Source of the DNA: Cyanophora paradoxa CCMP329
Lineage: Eukaryota; Plantae; Glaucophyta
Length of the DNA stretch: 64,000 nt
Assembly (NCBI GenBank): GCA_004431415.1
Contig: QPMI01000095.1
Span: 248,001-312,000 of the forward strand
Reading direction: 5' to 3'
Positions 26,026 to 39,700 of the stretch are shown in pieces. The notes under the pieces were generated by a model, which worked only from the letters and a program-made list of their open reading frames with translations, searched no databases and was not told the DNA's origin. The position numbers and the translations under genes are program-made. How positions within the stretch are numbered: position 1 is the stretch's first letter; every line of letters begins with the position of its first letter.

Positions 26026-26695
26026 GCCCCCGCCCCGCGCGCCTGCGGCACCTGTACCGGATCTGCTTGTTTGACATCGATCGATCGAACCTGGCGCTCG
26101 CGGGGGCTGATCGTCACGCAATCTAAAGCAGTCACAGAGTCGTCTCAGATTTAGAGCCGACGTCGCCATCCGTCGGCGTCGGTATAACTTGACTTTAATT
26201 CGTCGGGTACAGCCCCGACCGAGGGAGGGTAACACCGCCCCGCGGGGACAGGGAGGGAGATGCCATGTTGCAAGTTGGAGGGGAGCTACGCCCGCGGCAC
26301 ATGTGATCACGCCGTGCGACGAGCTCAAGCCTCGCCGCTGCCTCGCGATCGGAGGCCCGGCTCATGATCAGCGGCTGTCATGATCGCACTGTACATGGCA
26401 CAATCCTTGTATAGTACGTATCATGGGACCGTCGGACCATGAATCGAGCAGGCTGGGCCCCGCGGGGCTCTGAGATTTGGAATTCAGTGCAGGCTTCAAG
26501 GCCTAGGCTCGGAACGCGTACGTGCGCAGACCGTCATGATCGATATCAGTCCGTCGGACCGGTACTGTGGGCCCGGCGTGGGGCCGGATCCGGATGCCCG
26601 GCTGCGGGGCCCAGGGCCAAAGGGCCAGGAAGCACTAGCTCTAGCTCTCAGAGTTTCGGGCTACGCGCGCGGGGGCTGGCCTGGCCTAGGCCTCC

Positions 26696-29085
26696 TCAGT
26701 CGAAATAGTCGTCGAGTTCAAAATGCGGATCCAAGAGGGCGTCGCCGAGGTGGCCGACGTCGAGGCCGCTGAGGGCGACGTTCTCGAGGGTCTCGGCGAG
26801 GTCCGCCGCGGAGTCGCCCGCGAGGAGGGCCCCGACGAGGCGCCCCTCCTTGAGGACGAGCTTGACGTACTCCTTGCCGGGGACGGTGCGGGTGCGGACC
26901 TCGACGGGCGCCTCCATGCCCTGCCCCTTGAAGCACCCCAGCAGCACCAGCTTGTGGCCCAGGAAGCGCGTCACGTGCCCTGCCCCCCCGCCCCGTCCGC
27001 GCAGGGCCCCCGCGGGCCCCGGGGCCGGGGCCGCACCGAAGAGCTCGAACTGGAGGCCCAGCACGGGGTCGTCCTCCCCCGCCCCCCTGCGCCCCTTCGG
27101 CGTCAGCCCGGCGCCCCGAGGGGGGCGGCCACGCGCCGGCCGCCCCGCGCACGCACCCCGCGCCGGCGTCGGCGGCCATGCAGTGGGCGGCGAAGGCGCC
27201 CATCTGCTTCGCCTGGCTCCAGAGGCGCATCTGGAACCAGAGCGGGCTGTTCGTCCAGGTGACGGTGCAGGCGTCCCCGGCGGCGTAGAGGCCGGGGGCC
27301 GAAGCGCGCATGCGGCGGTCCACGATCACGCCGCCGTCCGCCGCCCGCTCCACCGCCCCCGCCACGAACTCCGTGTTCGGCGCCACTGCCCCGCCTCCCG
27401 GTCGGCGCGTGCCGGCCCGCCGCGGCGGGTGGGGCGGGCGGGGCGGGCGGACCGCCGGTGGCGGAGACGAGGAGGTCGCAGGGGACGGTGTGGCCGTTGG
27501 AGAGGCGGGCGACGAGGCGCCAGGGGGGCCCCTCCCGCGCCGCCTCCCCCGCCAGGTCCCCGTGCTGCCCCCACACCGCCTCAGCCGCCCGGAGGGGCGC
27601 CCGGCGGGCGGCGGGCGGGCACGCACGGCATCGGGGGCGTGCGAGTCCCACAGGCGCTCGAGGCGGCAGCTGTACTCTACCCGCACCTGCCGCCGCGCCC
27701 GCCGCTCCGCCTCCGCCGCCGCCCGCCCGCCTCGCCCCGCAGCACCTCCGTCCAGCCGGGGCCCAGCGCGCCCGCGTAGGGCCGGGCGGGGCGGGGCGGG
27801 CGGGGCGGGCTCGCCCTGGGCGGGCGGGGCGGGCTCGTCGGGAGCGTCGGGGGGGGCGCCCTCGTGGAGGGTCTCGGCGCCGAGGAGGGCGACGCCGGCG
27901 GGGGGCGGGGCGGCCTCGGGCCCCTCCGCGAAGAGGAAGGGGAGGAAGAAGCGCGCCGCCTCCTCGTCCAGGAACTTGTTCCCGCTGCGCGCCCCCGCCT
28001 CAGCGGGGGGCGGAGGCGGGGGCGGCGGGGGGGCGGGGCGGGGCGCATGAAGGGCTTCTTGACGGCCCAGACGACCTCGACGCCCTCCAGCGCGCTCACG
28101 AGCTCCATGGCGATGCCGCCGTTGCCCACCACGAGCACCCGCCGCGCCTCCGCGATCCGCTCCCGCAGCCGCTGCCCCACCCCGTGCGCGTCGCGAGGGC
28201 CCGCCCCGAGCGGGCCGGGCCGGAAGGCAGGCCCACCTCGATCGTCTCCGTGTCCCGGATGCCGATGACGTTCGGACTTTTGTACAGCAGCTGCGCCCAT
28301 GCGCAAAACAGCCGATCGCGAAGTCAGCGGCGCCTATCACGTTGGCCCCGGCCCGGCCCAGCGTCGGCGCCAGCGCGCGGCGCTGGCCCGCGCTAGCTCT
28401 GAGCGCTCGCACCTTGGGACGGGCGCCAGTGGCTATCAAGAGTCGCTCGTAACCGATTTTCTTCCCATCAGAGCAAACAACAACCTGCGATCTGCGTTAC
28501 CCATGCATGCGCAGTGGGCACGAGCGTGCACGTGGGAATACTGGAGCTCGGGGGGCGCGGGGCCCCATCTGGCGGCACCTTGCCGGCAGTGTCGATGGAG
28601 CTCACGGCAGTGGCAAGGACTCTAACCTGTGACGCGGCCGGTGCCCGCCGACGACGGTCAACAGGCGGTAAGGAACTCGGGGACCTCGCAATGTTGGGAA
28701 GGGTTGTTCTCACACACGCACATTAGGCGCGATGTGCACGTGGTCCGCCTGGATCCGGACGCAGGTCTTCGACATCAAGGGAGGCACCGGCGCTGCAGCT
28801 GGCGCGCTGTGTGGACCGCACCGCATCTTCTTGGATTTGGAAGTCTTCGAGCGTCTTCGTCACGCGCTTCACGTCGCGCACGAGCTGCGCGCGGTCGGTC
28901 GACGTCAGATGAGCTCACCGTGTGAGCGCGCGGCGCGGTCGCGCCTTCAGTACAGGCGCGCCGGACACCACGCATATCGATCGCTCGTCCAGGTGTGCGA
29001 GCGTCTCGGCAGCAGTGACCGCGGTGATGCCGCCGCCGACGATCAAATAAGAGAACGAGAGCGGCGCGCCCTCCGGCGACGCCAT
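26696..29085 (-). CDS. PYROXD1: Pyridine nucleotide-disulfide oxidoreductase domain-containing protein 1, multi-exon
   Basis: YLIVGGGITAVTAAE, IATGARPK, GIRDTET, VLVVGNGGIAMELV, YAAGDAC, WFQMRLWSQAKQMG, FELF.HVTRFLGHKLVLLG; C-terminus LLDPHFELDDYFD*. Confidence 0.92.
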
Positions 29086-29658
29086 GCCGCAACTGGAAGG
29101 GCTGCAACAGCGGCGGCGGGGGGCCAGCACAGCCCCGTGTTCCTGGAGTCCGCCGTCGAGACAGGGTACAAGCGACTTTCACCGCAAGCCCTAGCATTAG
29201 CCCTACCCCTCCTGCAGGTGCACCGTGCACGGTGCACCGTGCACAGCCTGGCAGTGCCGTGCGCGTTCGAGAGGGCGCACGACCCTAGCTCAGCACGTCG
29301 GCATGCAGCACGTCCTTATCACCGACCGAGAGCCTTTTCACATCTGCCGGAGAGCAAGCCAGCATCCTATGCGCAGTTAGCACCAGCTGCAGAGCGGCTC
29401 TACTTACAGATCGCTCCCACGCGCCGGGTTTTTCGCAGCTTGCAGAATAGAGCTGGAGGGGCGCTGTTGATGGCAGTGTAGGGCGCACCGCGTCCTTGCC
29501 TCCTGAACCGACGATCTCAAGACCAAGCTTGCCGCCGCCGACGGTCCCGCTGCCGCCGCGCTGCAGCCGCGGGGCTCCGGGCCCGCTTGTCCCCGGTGCG
29601 GCGTTGGTGTCTGGTTCGGCGTTCTGAACCTGGCCGCGCCCCGAGGTTAAGTTTTTGG

Positions 29659-32632
29659 ATGATCCACTCGGCATCCGCGCCGGCGCTGGGCGGCTCGCCC
29701 TCCGCGAGGTCCGGGGCCTCGCCCCGGGGGACAAATAGCAACCAGGCCAGCGCGCGCAACTTTCGGCGCGCCTTGCACCACCTCCTCGCGAACACGCCGA
29801 GTCAGCACCGCCGGGGCGCCGCGACGCCGATCGCCCCTGATCCCCCCGCCGCAGCGCGCTCGCTCGACGTGGAGAGCAGCAGCTCCGAGGACGAGGATGC
29901 GGGGACGCTCCACGCGGCGGCGGGCCCGGGCGCGCCCCGACTCGCTGCGAGGCCGGCGGCCTCGCTCGAACTCGAAACCATCGAGAAGCGCAACCGCATC
30001 CCAGACCTCGGCGCCAAGGCGGCTCGGCGAGAGCCCGTCGAGGTCGACGTCATGTCGAGTTTGCGATACGGCGCCGCGACCCTTCGCTTCATCGAGAAGG
30101 TGCGCCGGCGCCGGAACGGCTGTGCGCACGGGAGCCCGAAGTGCGCCGTTCGCGCCGACGCGATTGCAGGACGGGCGGCGGCTCCTGTTCGCGGTGCGCC
30201 GGTCGGCTCGCGGGGCGGGGGTGCGGGGCCGAGGGGGCGGGCAGGACGACGTGGCAGCGGCGCTGGACTCGCCGCCTCTGGCGCAGGGGGACCGGCGGCG
30301 GAGCTGCCTGGAGGCCTCGTTCCTCGTGCGGCCGGGCGCGGGGCTGGGCGTCGCGGAGGCGGGGCGGGGCCGGGAGCCGGTCCTCGTCAAGGCGGCCGTC
30401 ACCGACGAGCTCGGCCTCTTCCTCCTCACCCTCCGCAGCCGCCTCGCCTGGGCCAGGCCCGCCCCGCCCCGCCCCCGCCCCCCGCCCCCCACCCCGCCGG
30501 GCGACGGGGTGCGTGCAGGGAGTTCTACTCGTGGGGGTGCGCGTTCCTGCGGCGGGAGGAGCAGGCGGGCCACGGGAAGAGCGAGAACAGCGCGGCGGAC
30601 ATCTTCGCGTGGCTCTACCGCCGCGACCTCGACCGCCAGGCCGAGGCCGCCCAGAAGCTCGCCCGCGCCCAGGCCGCCGCCCCCGGGCCCCGCCGCCCCC
30701 GCGCTGGCGAGGAGGAGGGGGGCGGGGGCGGGGGCGAGGGGGAGGGGGAGGGGGAGGAGGGGCGCCCCTTCTCGCAGCTGATCCTCCAGGCGGCGCCCCC
30801 GCCGCCGGCCACCAAGGAGGACACGCGGCGCCTCGTCGAGGGCCGCATCGTGCGCGCCGCCGCGCACGCCCTCCAGCAGCTCCGCGACCTCCACGTGGAG
30901 AAGGGCGGCCAGTGGCGCCTCCTCGGCGCCCACCAGAACGTCATGCGCCACGTGCGCGCCGACGCGCCCCGCCCGCCCATCTACCGCGCCTCCGTCACCC
31001 TCCCCGCCCCCGTCCGTCCGCCCCCTCCCCGCCCCCCGCCCGCCCCCTCACCCGACCCCGCAGCCGCACCTCGTCGCCAACTTCGTGTGGGACACGGGGC
31101 GCCGCGCGGCGTGGGTAGGCGGCCCGAGGGCAGGTCGGTGGCGGGGCGGTGTGGCTGAGGAGGGGGGGGGCGGGGGGCAGGACGCGCTGGTGCACCGGGT
31201 GACCGTCGTCTCCGAGCTCGATCGCTTGTGCAAGGTGGAGCGTCTCGAGGAGAACCGCATCCTCCCCGCGTCCGCCCCGTTCCGCCTCCCGCCCGCCCCC
31301 CGCCGAGCCCCCGCAGGCACCTCCCCTTTGACTACTGCTACGTCGTCTCCGCGAGCTACAGCGCCTTCGAGCGCACCTACGCCCTCGCCGCCCGCTCTGT
31401 CCGCCCCCACGCCGCCCTTCCTCCGGCCCCCGCCTCACCGCCGGCGCCGCCCGCGCAGTGCGAGCACCCGAACGTGCGGCCGCACCCGAACTACGTGCGC
31501 GATGCGGCGCCGGGGCTCGCCTCGCAGCGCGCCGACGCCGCGCAGACGCGGTGCAATATGCTCTGCGTCGGCTACGTTGTTGCTCTCGTGAAGAAGGGCG
31601 TCTCCCAGCTGACGGCGTATTACCAGAGCGCGCCCCGCCCCGCACGCCCCGCGCCGGCGCGCCGCCGCTGAGGGGGCGGGGCAGTCGAGTACCGGGGCGT
31701 GCTGAACAAGGTCATGGAGGAGACGCTCCACGCCGGCCGCCTCCAGGCCCTCATCAGCGCGCCCCGCCTCGCCCCGTCCCGGCCCGCCTGCCCCGCGCTG
31801 AGCGGGGCGCAGCGCTGCGGGACTCGATCCGGGCGGAGGTCGTCTCGGGGTCGGCGCCCCGCTCGCTCCCCTTCCAGCGCAACGCCGTTGGGGACGTGCA
31901 GAGCGGGCTCGTGCGCACCAAGCCGGGCGCCCGCAGCCTCGTCGCCGTCGCGCGCCTCACGAAGGTCTTATCCAAGTGGAAGCGCGTGCGAACAGCCCCG
32001 CCCCGCCCCAGCCCCGCCCCCGGTTGGCGCCCAAGGCCCCGCAGACGGCGGCGGAGAAGGGGGAGGAGGGGGGCGGGGAGGGGGAGGCGCGGGAGGGGAA
32101 GGAGCTCGCCTTCGCGATCGCCCCGGGGCAGTCCGACGGGGAGCGCGGGGCGGGGCCCTCGCTCCCGCCCATCCCGGGGGCGGCGGGGCCGGGGCCGGGG
32201 GCCGGGGGGGCGGGGTCCGCGGCGTCGGGCTCGTCGCGGCTGCAGCGGCAGCGCTCCCTCCGCATCGAGGTGCGGCGCCCGTGGCCCCTCCCCCCCTCCC
32301 CCCCTCCCTCCCCGGTGCTGACGCCCCACAGACGCTCATCGACGCCTTCGAGGCGAGCGCCGCCTCCCCCGCGCCCACCGACCCGCCCTGTGCCCCCGCC
32401 CCGCCCGCCCGCCCGACTGCCCCGCGGCGTCTCACCCCCGCCCACGCGCAGCAGCTCGCCCTCGCCCACTGCCCTCCCGCCCCTCCGCCGCCTCTCCAAG
32501 CGCGGCCTCCCCGACCTGCGCCCCTCAGCCCGCTCCCCGTCCGCCCGCTCGCCCTCGGCGCGCTCGCCCTCAGCGCGATCGCCCTCGGCGCGCTCGCCAG
32601 AGCCGCTGCGATCCATCAGCAGCCTCGCCTAG
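29659..32632 (+). CDS. Hypothetical multi-exon protein with C-terminal (RSPSA)n repeats
   Basis: Coding-like exons separated by introns of the host type (e.g. AG|GCCCGC at about 30457), and a 15-bp tandem unit encoding SARSP x5 at about 32525-32600. No family recognised; start uncertain. Confidence 0.5.
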
Positions 32633-32902
32633 CCGCGCCCCAGCGACTTCACCCCTCCTCCACCGCTGCCCCGCCCACCCCCCTTCTTCCACCTCTGCAC
32701 AGTATCTGCTTCTGCGCGATAGATGCCTGCAGGATTTTTCAACATAGTGCATAGTGTGCTCTGATCTCTTCCTAGTGCACAGTGTGATTCTGTTAACAGT
32801 GTTCTTTTTCAACGCTCTCCGCGCGCCTTCTCCGTCACGGCGTCGGCCGGGCCCTGCCTGTGCGCGTGCGGGGGTCTCGGGCGCGGTCTGGGGGCCGGCG
32901 CC

Positions 32903-34144
32903 TTAGTCGGAGGCGGGTTCGACGGAGGCGGCGCCGGCGGCAAGGACGGCGTCGGCCCACGCGGCCGGCAGGCACGCGAGGAGGCGCGGGGCGGCCGCCC
33001 CGGGGCCGACCGCTTTGCTGCGGGCGGGCCCTCGGCGGGGCGCGCGAGGCGGGGGCCGGGGCGCACCGGAGGAAGGGCTCGGGGCTCGCCAGCGCCTCCA
33101 GCACGGCGCCGGCGACGAGGCGCGGGTCGGCGGCCCCGGCCTCTGAGCGGGCGCAGAACGCGAGGGAGCGCCGGAGGGCGTCGTGGTACGGCTCCGGCGA
33201 GCGGGCGATCGCCTGGCGCCAGCTGAAGGAGACGTACTCCGCGTTCACGAGGCCGGACCTCGTCCACCCTGCCGCCCCGCTCGGGGCCGCCTCCGGGCCG
33301 GGGGCCGGGGCGCCGGGGCGCACCGGGCTCGACGACGGAGACGCGCACGCCGAGGGGCGCCACCTCCCGCCGCAGCGCGTCCGCCAGCCCCTCCACAGCG
33401 AACTTCGTCGCCGCGTAGCTGCACCCCGCTCAGCCTGGCAGCCGGGCCGCCCGCCCCGGCGCCGGCGCCACGCGGGGTGGGACACGGCGTGCCATCCTAG
33501 CCGGAGAAGAAGGAGCTCGCGATTAGGCCGGCGCCGGAGGAGATGAACACGACGCGGCCCTTGCTCTCGCGCAGCTGCGGCAGAAGCTCCTGCGTCACGG
33601 CCATTACCCCAAGGACGTTCACTGCAGTCATGATCAGCATGCGCAGAGTTCGAGAGGGGCTCGCGCTGCGAGCTGGACGCGTGGTCCAGCTAGCGCTATG
33701 GCTGAGAGTTGCAAAACAGGTGCACAGCGCGCCGTCAACCATGCGCTTGAGCTCCTCGAACGGCATCGTTTCCAGGGGGCCAACAAGGCTCCAGCCAGCG
33801 TTGTTGACCAAGCCGATGCGGCCGCCCCCGGCGATCGCCGCAACCTTGACGGGAAGCTCCCGCACGTGCTGCAGCCCCCCCGCGCGCGCACTCGCCCTCT
33901 CAGGGCGCACAGGCGGGGCCGGGCGTTCGGCGCGCGCGCCTGCTCGTTCGTGACGTCGAGGATGACCGGGTGCATTCGGGGCGAGCCACGGGCTGTGAGC
34001 CTGTCCGCATCGATCTGCTTGCGTACGCCGGCTTGCTGTGAGCCTGTCCGCATCGATCTGCAGCGCCGTTGCCTCGCCGATCCCCGACGAGCAACCGGTC
34101 ACTACAACCGTGTACGGCGCCTCGTGCGACGGCCCGCCGCCCAT
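32903..34144 (-). pseudogene. Short-chain dehydrogenase/reductase (RDH/17beta-HSD-like) with a frameshifting duplication near the 5' end
   Basis: VVTGCSSGIG, LDVT, GLVNNAG, VNVLG, YAATKFAVEGLADALRREVAPLGVRVSVVEPG. The frame breaks at a duplicated 27-mer (about 33992-34061), which could be an assembly error in a functional gene. Confidence 0.7.
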
Positions 34145-34556
34145 CTGGTGGCTGACGTTTCGCCAGGCGGGGTAAAGGCTTCAATTGGGCTGTACGGGGT
34201 ACGAAGCCGTGTCGGCCTTATCCTCCTCCAGCGGGCGCAACCCCATTGTTCGTCTGCAGGAGATGGTTGCAACGCACAAACCGTTCGCTGACGAGCGGAC
34301 AGCCCACATCTCCTGCCCCGAAGGCCAGGTGCGCGCTGTCAGTTGTGTAACTGCAGCTGCCGCCGCGGGCCGGGCTTCGACATGATTCTGCGCTCCGCAA
34401 TCCGTTTTCGACGCCGTTCGATGCCGAAATGTTTCGGATCTAGACCAGAACATCGCCGAGAGTCGTGTCAGCTGCCGAACGCCTAACGCCGAACGCCTGA
34501 CGATTCGGGCCGGGCTCAGGTGGTGGCGAGCGTGTCAGTTTTGTACGGCACTTGGG

Positions 34557-36262
34557 ATGGCCCTGGTCACCACGTACGTGCCCCGGCCGGCGGCCTCGCG
34601 GGGCGCGACCCTCGGCGAGGATCGAAGGGGCGGCGCCCGGCGCTCACCGAGTGGGCGGGTGCAGGTGCTGAGTCGGAAGGAGGTTGACGCGAAGGCATCG
34701 AAAACGGTGCCGGGGAACGTCGAAAACGCCTCTTGAGTGATCTGCTCAAGCTTGTGCAGGTGGCGGAGAAGTGCGTGGGGGAGTCGAGGTGCGAGTTCGA
34801 CGTGGACCTCGAGTCGCTGGGCCTGAGCGCGGCGGAGGACCCGGCGCCGGGCGAGGCGAAGCACCTTGGAGGCGACTACACGTGCGCGGCGCCGACGGAG
34901 CTGGCGCCCGTGGCGGAGTCGAGCTTCGCGCTGCTGCAGTGCGGCCCCGGGGAGGCCCTCGTCGATTTGGATCTCCGCTTGGTCCCCCTCCCCACCTCCG
35001 CCGCCGGCGCCCTCGCGGGGCGCGCGGCGGGGGCGGCGGAGGCGCTGGGGGGGCACTCGGGGGCGGTGAGCGGGCACGTCGCGGAGGGCTGCCTCGGCAA
35101 GCAGCTCTGCGCCGTCCTCGTCGACACGCGCCTCGGGCTCGGCCTCGCCCGCGACCCCCTCCCCGGCCTCCCCAAGGCCCTCGCCGGCTCCTTCCTCTGC
35201 GGCCCCGCCCCCGGTGCCCCCGCCCCGCCCTCGGCGCGCCCCGCGTGCAGCTGAGGCGGGGCGGGCAGAGGCGAGCGGGGGCTACGAGCCCGTCGAGTGG
35301 CCGAGCCTCTCGGCCGACAGCTCCCCCGAGGCCGCCGAGCCCGAGGAGCCCGAGCCCGAGGAGCCCGAGCCCGAGCCTAAGAGCGAGGAAGAGGCGGAGG
35401 CGGAGGCTGAGGCCGAGGCCGAGGCCGAGGCGCCGAGCGCGGCGGCCGCCTCCAAGCCGTCCTCCACCACCTTCGACGCCGCCCTCGGTCCGCCCCGCCC
35501 CGCCCCTCTCCCGCGGCGGGCCCACGCGGGGGCCCGGGCTCCGGCAGCGGGGGCGAAGGCGGAGGGGGGGGCTCGGGAGCTGGTGTGCGTGGGCGAGGAG
35601 GGCGGCTTCCTGGAGGCGTGCGCCTGCGCGAAGGGCGCGGGGGGCACCGTGCGGACCGTCTCCGTCTCCTCGGCGGCCCTCATCGCCCCCGACGGCCGCG
35701 CCGCCGACGCCACCGCCCAGCTCGCCGTGCGCCCGCCTCGCCCCAGCCTGACCCCCCCGTGGAGCGGGCGGGGCCGCCCTCTCACCGCCCGCGGCGCAGC
35801 GCGAGTGCGACGGTGACGCGAACGTGCGCTCCACCCCGCGCCGCCTGCGCCGCCCCTCGGGACAGGGCCTGACGGTGCGCGCCGGCAGTGCAACGTCTTC
35901 GTCTCCCGCTCGCTCTTGCGACTGGTCGACCCCGGTGCCCCGCCCCGCCCCGCTTCCCTGCCGCCCCGCGCGCCGTCGCCTCGCGTGACGCCGCGCAGCG
36001 CCGGACGCCGGCCCCGCGGCGGTGCGCACGCTCGTCGTCAAGGCCGACTGCGGTGTCCCCGGCCCCGTCGCAGCCCGGCGCCCTGTGCCTGACGCGGGGG
36101 CAGGCCCCGGGGAGGCGGCGGGGCGGGGGCGTGGGACTTCGGGGAGGCGCTGGCGGCGGAGGAGGGCTGGGAGGCCCTCGCGGCCGCCGGCGACGAGGCC
36201 GGCCCCGGCCCCCTCGACGCCCTCGACGACGCCCCCGACGCCGACCTCCCGCCCCTCCTCTA
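34557..36262 (+). CDS. Cys-containing protein with SUEL/galactose-binding lectin-like segments and an acidic linker
   Basis: CVGESRCEFDVD...DPAPG..KHL...YTC and CLGKQLCAVLVD....DPLPGLPKAL...FLC resemble the C-terminal half of SUEL lectin domains. Start and exon structure uncertain. Confidence 0.4.
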
Positions 36263-36756
36263 GGCCCCGCCCGCCCCCGCGCGCGCCGGGCGCCCGCGGC
36301 CACGGCGCCGCGCCGGCCGTCCCGCCCATGGCCACGCGCAACGTTGCCGGGCCCGGGCGCCCGCGCACGACCGCGCGCTGCTCCATATGCATGCACATGC
36401 ATATGTCATGCATATATATGGCCGTAGCTGCAGTACGTATACGTACGAGTCCGACGGTCCGTACCGACGACTGGCTCCGAAAATCATTCGGCCCAAACTC
36501 AACGGGGGGCCGGGTACGCGTACACGAGCTGCATCCGATCCAGCCTGTCGACGTGTCCCCTGTCCCTTCAGCTCGGGTCTAGTACGCAGCTGTACCGTAG
36601 TACGCTTCGCGCAGATCCAACGCAGCAAGATCCAGCTCACTTTCACGCTCCGAGTTCAGCGTGGCCGCCTTCCCCTCGTGACGCGCAGGCAGACGTCGAT
36701 CAGCAGGAGCCGGGGATGCGTCGGGAGCGTTGATCACGTCTTAACAAGCGCTTGAG

Positions 36757-39700
36757 ATGGGCTGCAAGCCGAGCTCTCCACGCCAGATCGGCGTTGCAGA
36801 CGCGAGCCCGGTCAAGCCGGAGCAGCCCAAGAAAGCACACTCACAAGGCGCCGACGTGCGGGTCGACACTCCGTCCCGACTTGGGCGTGCTGCAGAGACG
36901 GACAAGGATGCCGAGACGGGCAAGGCGCTCAGCCCGCGCCCAGCCTCTCCAGTCCAGCCAACTCCGGGCGAGCCGACGCCTCTGCCCGGGCAGGTGCCCG
37001 CCGCGGAACCTTCGGGGACGCGCAAGGTGCGCAGATTGCCGTACGCGAGCCCCACTCGCTCCAGACGCGCTCGATCGGCAGGCGGCCGGATTCGGGGGCG
37101 CGGCGGCGAAGAGCCAGGAGCTGCGGGCGCAGCTGTACGCCGGCGATGAGGCGGCGGGGCCCCCCTCTGCGCCGCAGGCTGCCGCGCATGAGCCTGCCGC
37201 CGCCCCCGCTGCGCCTGCCGCATCCGCAGACGGGGTCGCGCCAGCCGTTGTGCAGGCCGCCGCGCCGGCCGAGAAGATGACCAAGGCGGAGGGCGGAGCC
37301 GGCGAGGTCGCTGTGGGGCCAGCCCCCGAACCGACTGCGAGCGCGGCCCCAAGCGTCCAGCCGACGGGGGCCGTCGCGCCCCCTCCCTCAGCAGCCCCGG
37401 GCCCCGACCCGGCGCCGGGGCCGCGTCCCGAGGTGCCGCCACGGGCAGCGCCGGTCGCGGGCGGCGCTGCCAGTGCCGCCGCAGCTTCCGCCCCTCCAGC
37501 CGCCGCCGCCCCTCCAGCTGCCGCCCCGCCGCCTGCCGCCGGCGAGCCTCCGCCCGGCCCCGCCCGCTGGCCGCCCCGCCGGCGAGCGCGGGGAAGGGCG
37601 GGCCGGGCGGGCGGCGCCGCGCGTCTCGCTGGACATCCCCGCCGAGGCCGCCGCCGCCGCCCTCCCCGCCCCGCCCCTCCCGCCCTCCCGGAGGCCGCCC
37701 CGCCGCCCGCCCGCCGCCCGGTGCCGCGGGGGCGGCGCTCGGGCCGCAGCGGAAGGCGTCGCTGTCGGTGCCGGCGGTGCCGCCGTCGCCGGGACGCGGT
37801 CGCTCGCCCTCGCCGTCGCCCTCGCTGGCGAGCGCCGGCTCGCAGGCGGGGCCGGCCGAGGCGGCCGACGCGCGCACCATCCGCGTCTTCCTCTCCTCGT
37901 CCGCCCCGCGCCGCGCGGCGGTCACGCGGGGCGGGGCGGCTGAGGGGCCGGGGCGGGGCGCAGGACGTTCAAGGACATGGAGGGGGAGCGGGGGGAGATC
38001 TTCCGCTCGGCCTTCCCCCGCCTCCAGCGCCTCTGCGCCGCCCGCGGCCTCTTCCTCGTCTTCGTCGACCTCAGGCGCGGGCGCCGCGGGCGGGTCCCCG
38101 GGGCGGGGCGGCTGAGCGGGGCCGGGGCGGGTGCAGGTGGGGCATCTCGGAGGAGGAGGCCCGCGGTGCGCCTCTGGTTTAATTGACGTCTGCGTCACTG
38201 AACGAGCTGCCTTCTCTCCAGAGGGGCGCGTCCTTCTCTCATGCCTCAGAGGCGAGCTCCCGCTCCCTCCCCCTCTCGCCTCGCCCTGACGTCGCCCCGC
38301 AGAGCTCGACCGCTCACAGTACTTCGTCTCATTGTCAGCCCCTCATTTCGAAGCGCTGCGCATCCCCGCCCGCTCCCGGTCGCTCACGGTCCCCGCGCAC
38401 GCGCAGCCTGAAGCGGCGCTACGGGTGAGGGGGCCCGGCCTGGGGCGGGTCGCGGGGGCGGGTGCGAGGGGTGGGGCAGGTGGCACCAGGCGCCGGGGGA
38501 GGCGGACGAGCTGATCGGGCGGACGTTCGAAGTGGCGGGGGAGGAGTACCCGTTCATCCTCCGCTACCGCGACCGCTCCATCACCGAGTGCGAGGTCCTC
38601 GCCGCCGCCCTCGACCGCCGCGCCCCCGTCCGCCCCCGCCCCGCCCCGCTCCCCCGCCCCGCCCCCCCGCGCCGGCCGCGGGGCGGGGGCCGAGGCGGGG
38701 CGGGGGCAGACGCACAAAGCGGAGGGGGCGTGCCTCTTCTACTTCGCGAGCGCGGGGCTGCTGGCGGGGGAGCCGCCGGAGAGCGCGCACGCCGAGGCCC
38801 GCATGGCCGACCTCAAGGCCGCCATCCGCGCGGGGCGGCCCGGCGCCGTGCGGGCCGAGTACAAGGAGGCCTCGGCGCTCGCCAACGCCATCCACGACGA
38901 CCTCGTCGCCATGATCGAGCGCGACTACCCGCCCCGCGAGGCGCGCTCGTGGCTGGAGGAGGAGCGCCTCGCGCAGGAGGCCCACGCGAGCGCGCTACGC
39001 AAGGTCTACGTGCGCCGCCGCGGCGTGCACGCCGCCCTCGACGCCTACGCCGCCGCGGCGGGGCCCGAGCTCTTCCTCCTCTCCGGGCCCGCGGGCTACG
39101 GCAAGTCGGCCGTCCTGGCGAACTGGGTGGCCGAGTACGAGGCCGCCCACGCCGACGAGGACGCCCTGTCCGCCCCGCCCCGCCCCGCCCCCCGCCCCGT
39201 CATCGCAGCCCCTCACGCCCCGCCCCGCAGGGCCGTCATCACGCACTTCGTGGTGCGCGGGGCCGGGGGCGGGGGCGGGAGGCAGCGCCTCGGCACGTGA
39301 GCGGGGGCGGCAGGGGGGCTCGGACGGGTCGGCGAACGTGCGGTCGGTGGTGCGGCGGCTGCACGACGAGGCGCGGGAGCGGCTGCACCCGTTCGCCCCG
39401 CCCGCCCTCCGCTCCCTCGACGCCATCTCCGACGAGACCGACCTCGTCCGCCCCGCCCCGCCCCGCCCGCCCCGCCCCGCCCCGCCCACCCCGGTGACCC
39501 CGCGGCAGATGGCGCGCTTTGCCGAGTGGCTGGCGGGGGCGGCGGCGGCGGCGGCGGGGTGGCGGTGGCGCACGCGGGGAAGCACCGGGCGATCAAGGCG
39601 CACTGGAAGGCGACCTCCATGGCCGCCGTCTCCCAGCTCAAGGCCGCCCCCGCCAGCGCCCGCGAGAACCCGCGCGCCCGCGCCATCCGCTCCCGCGTCG

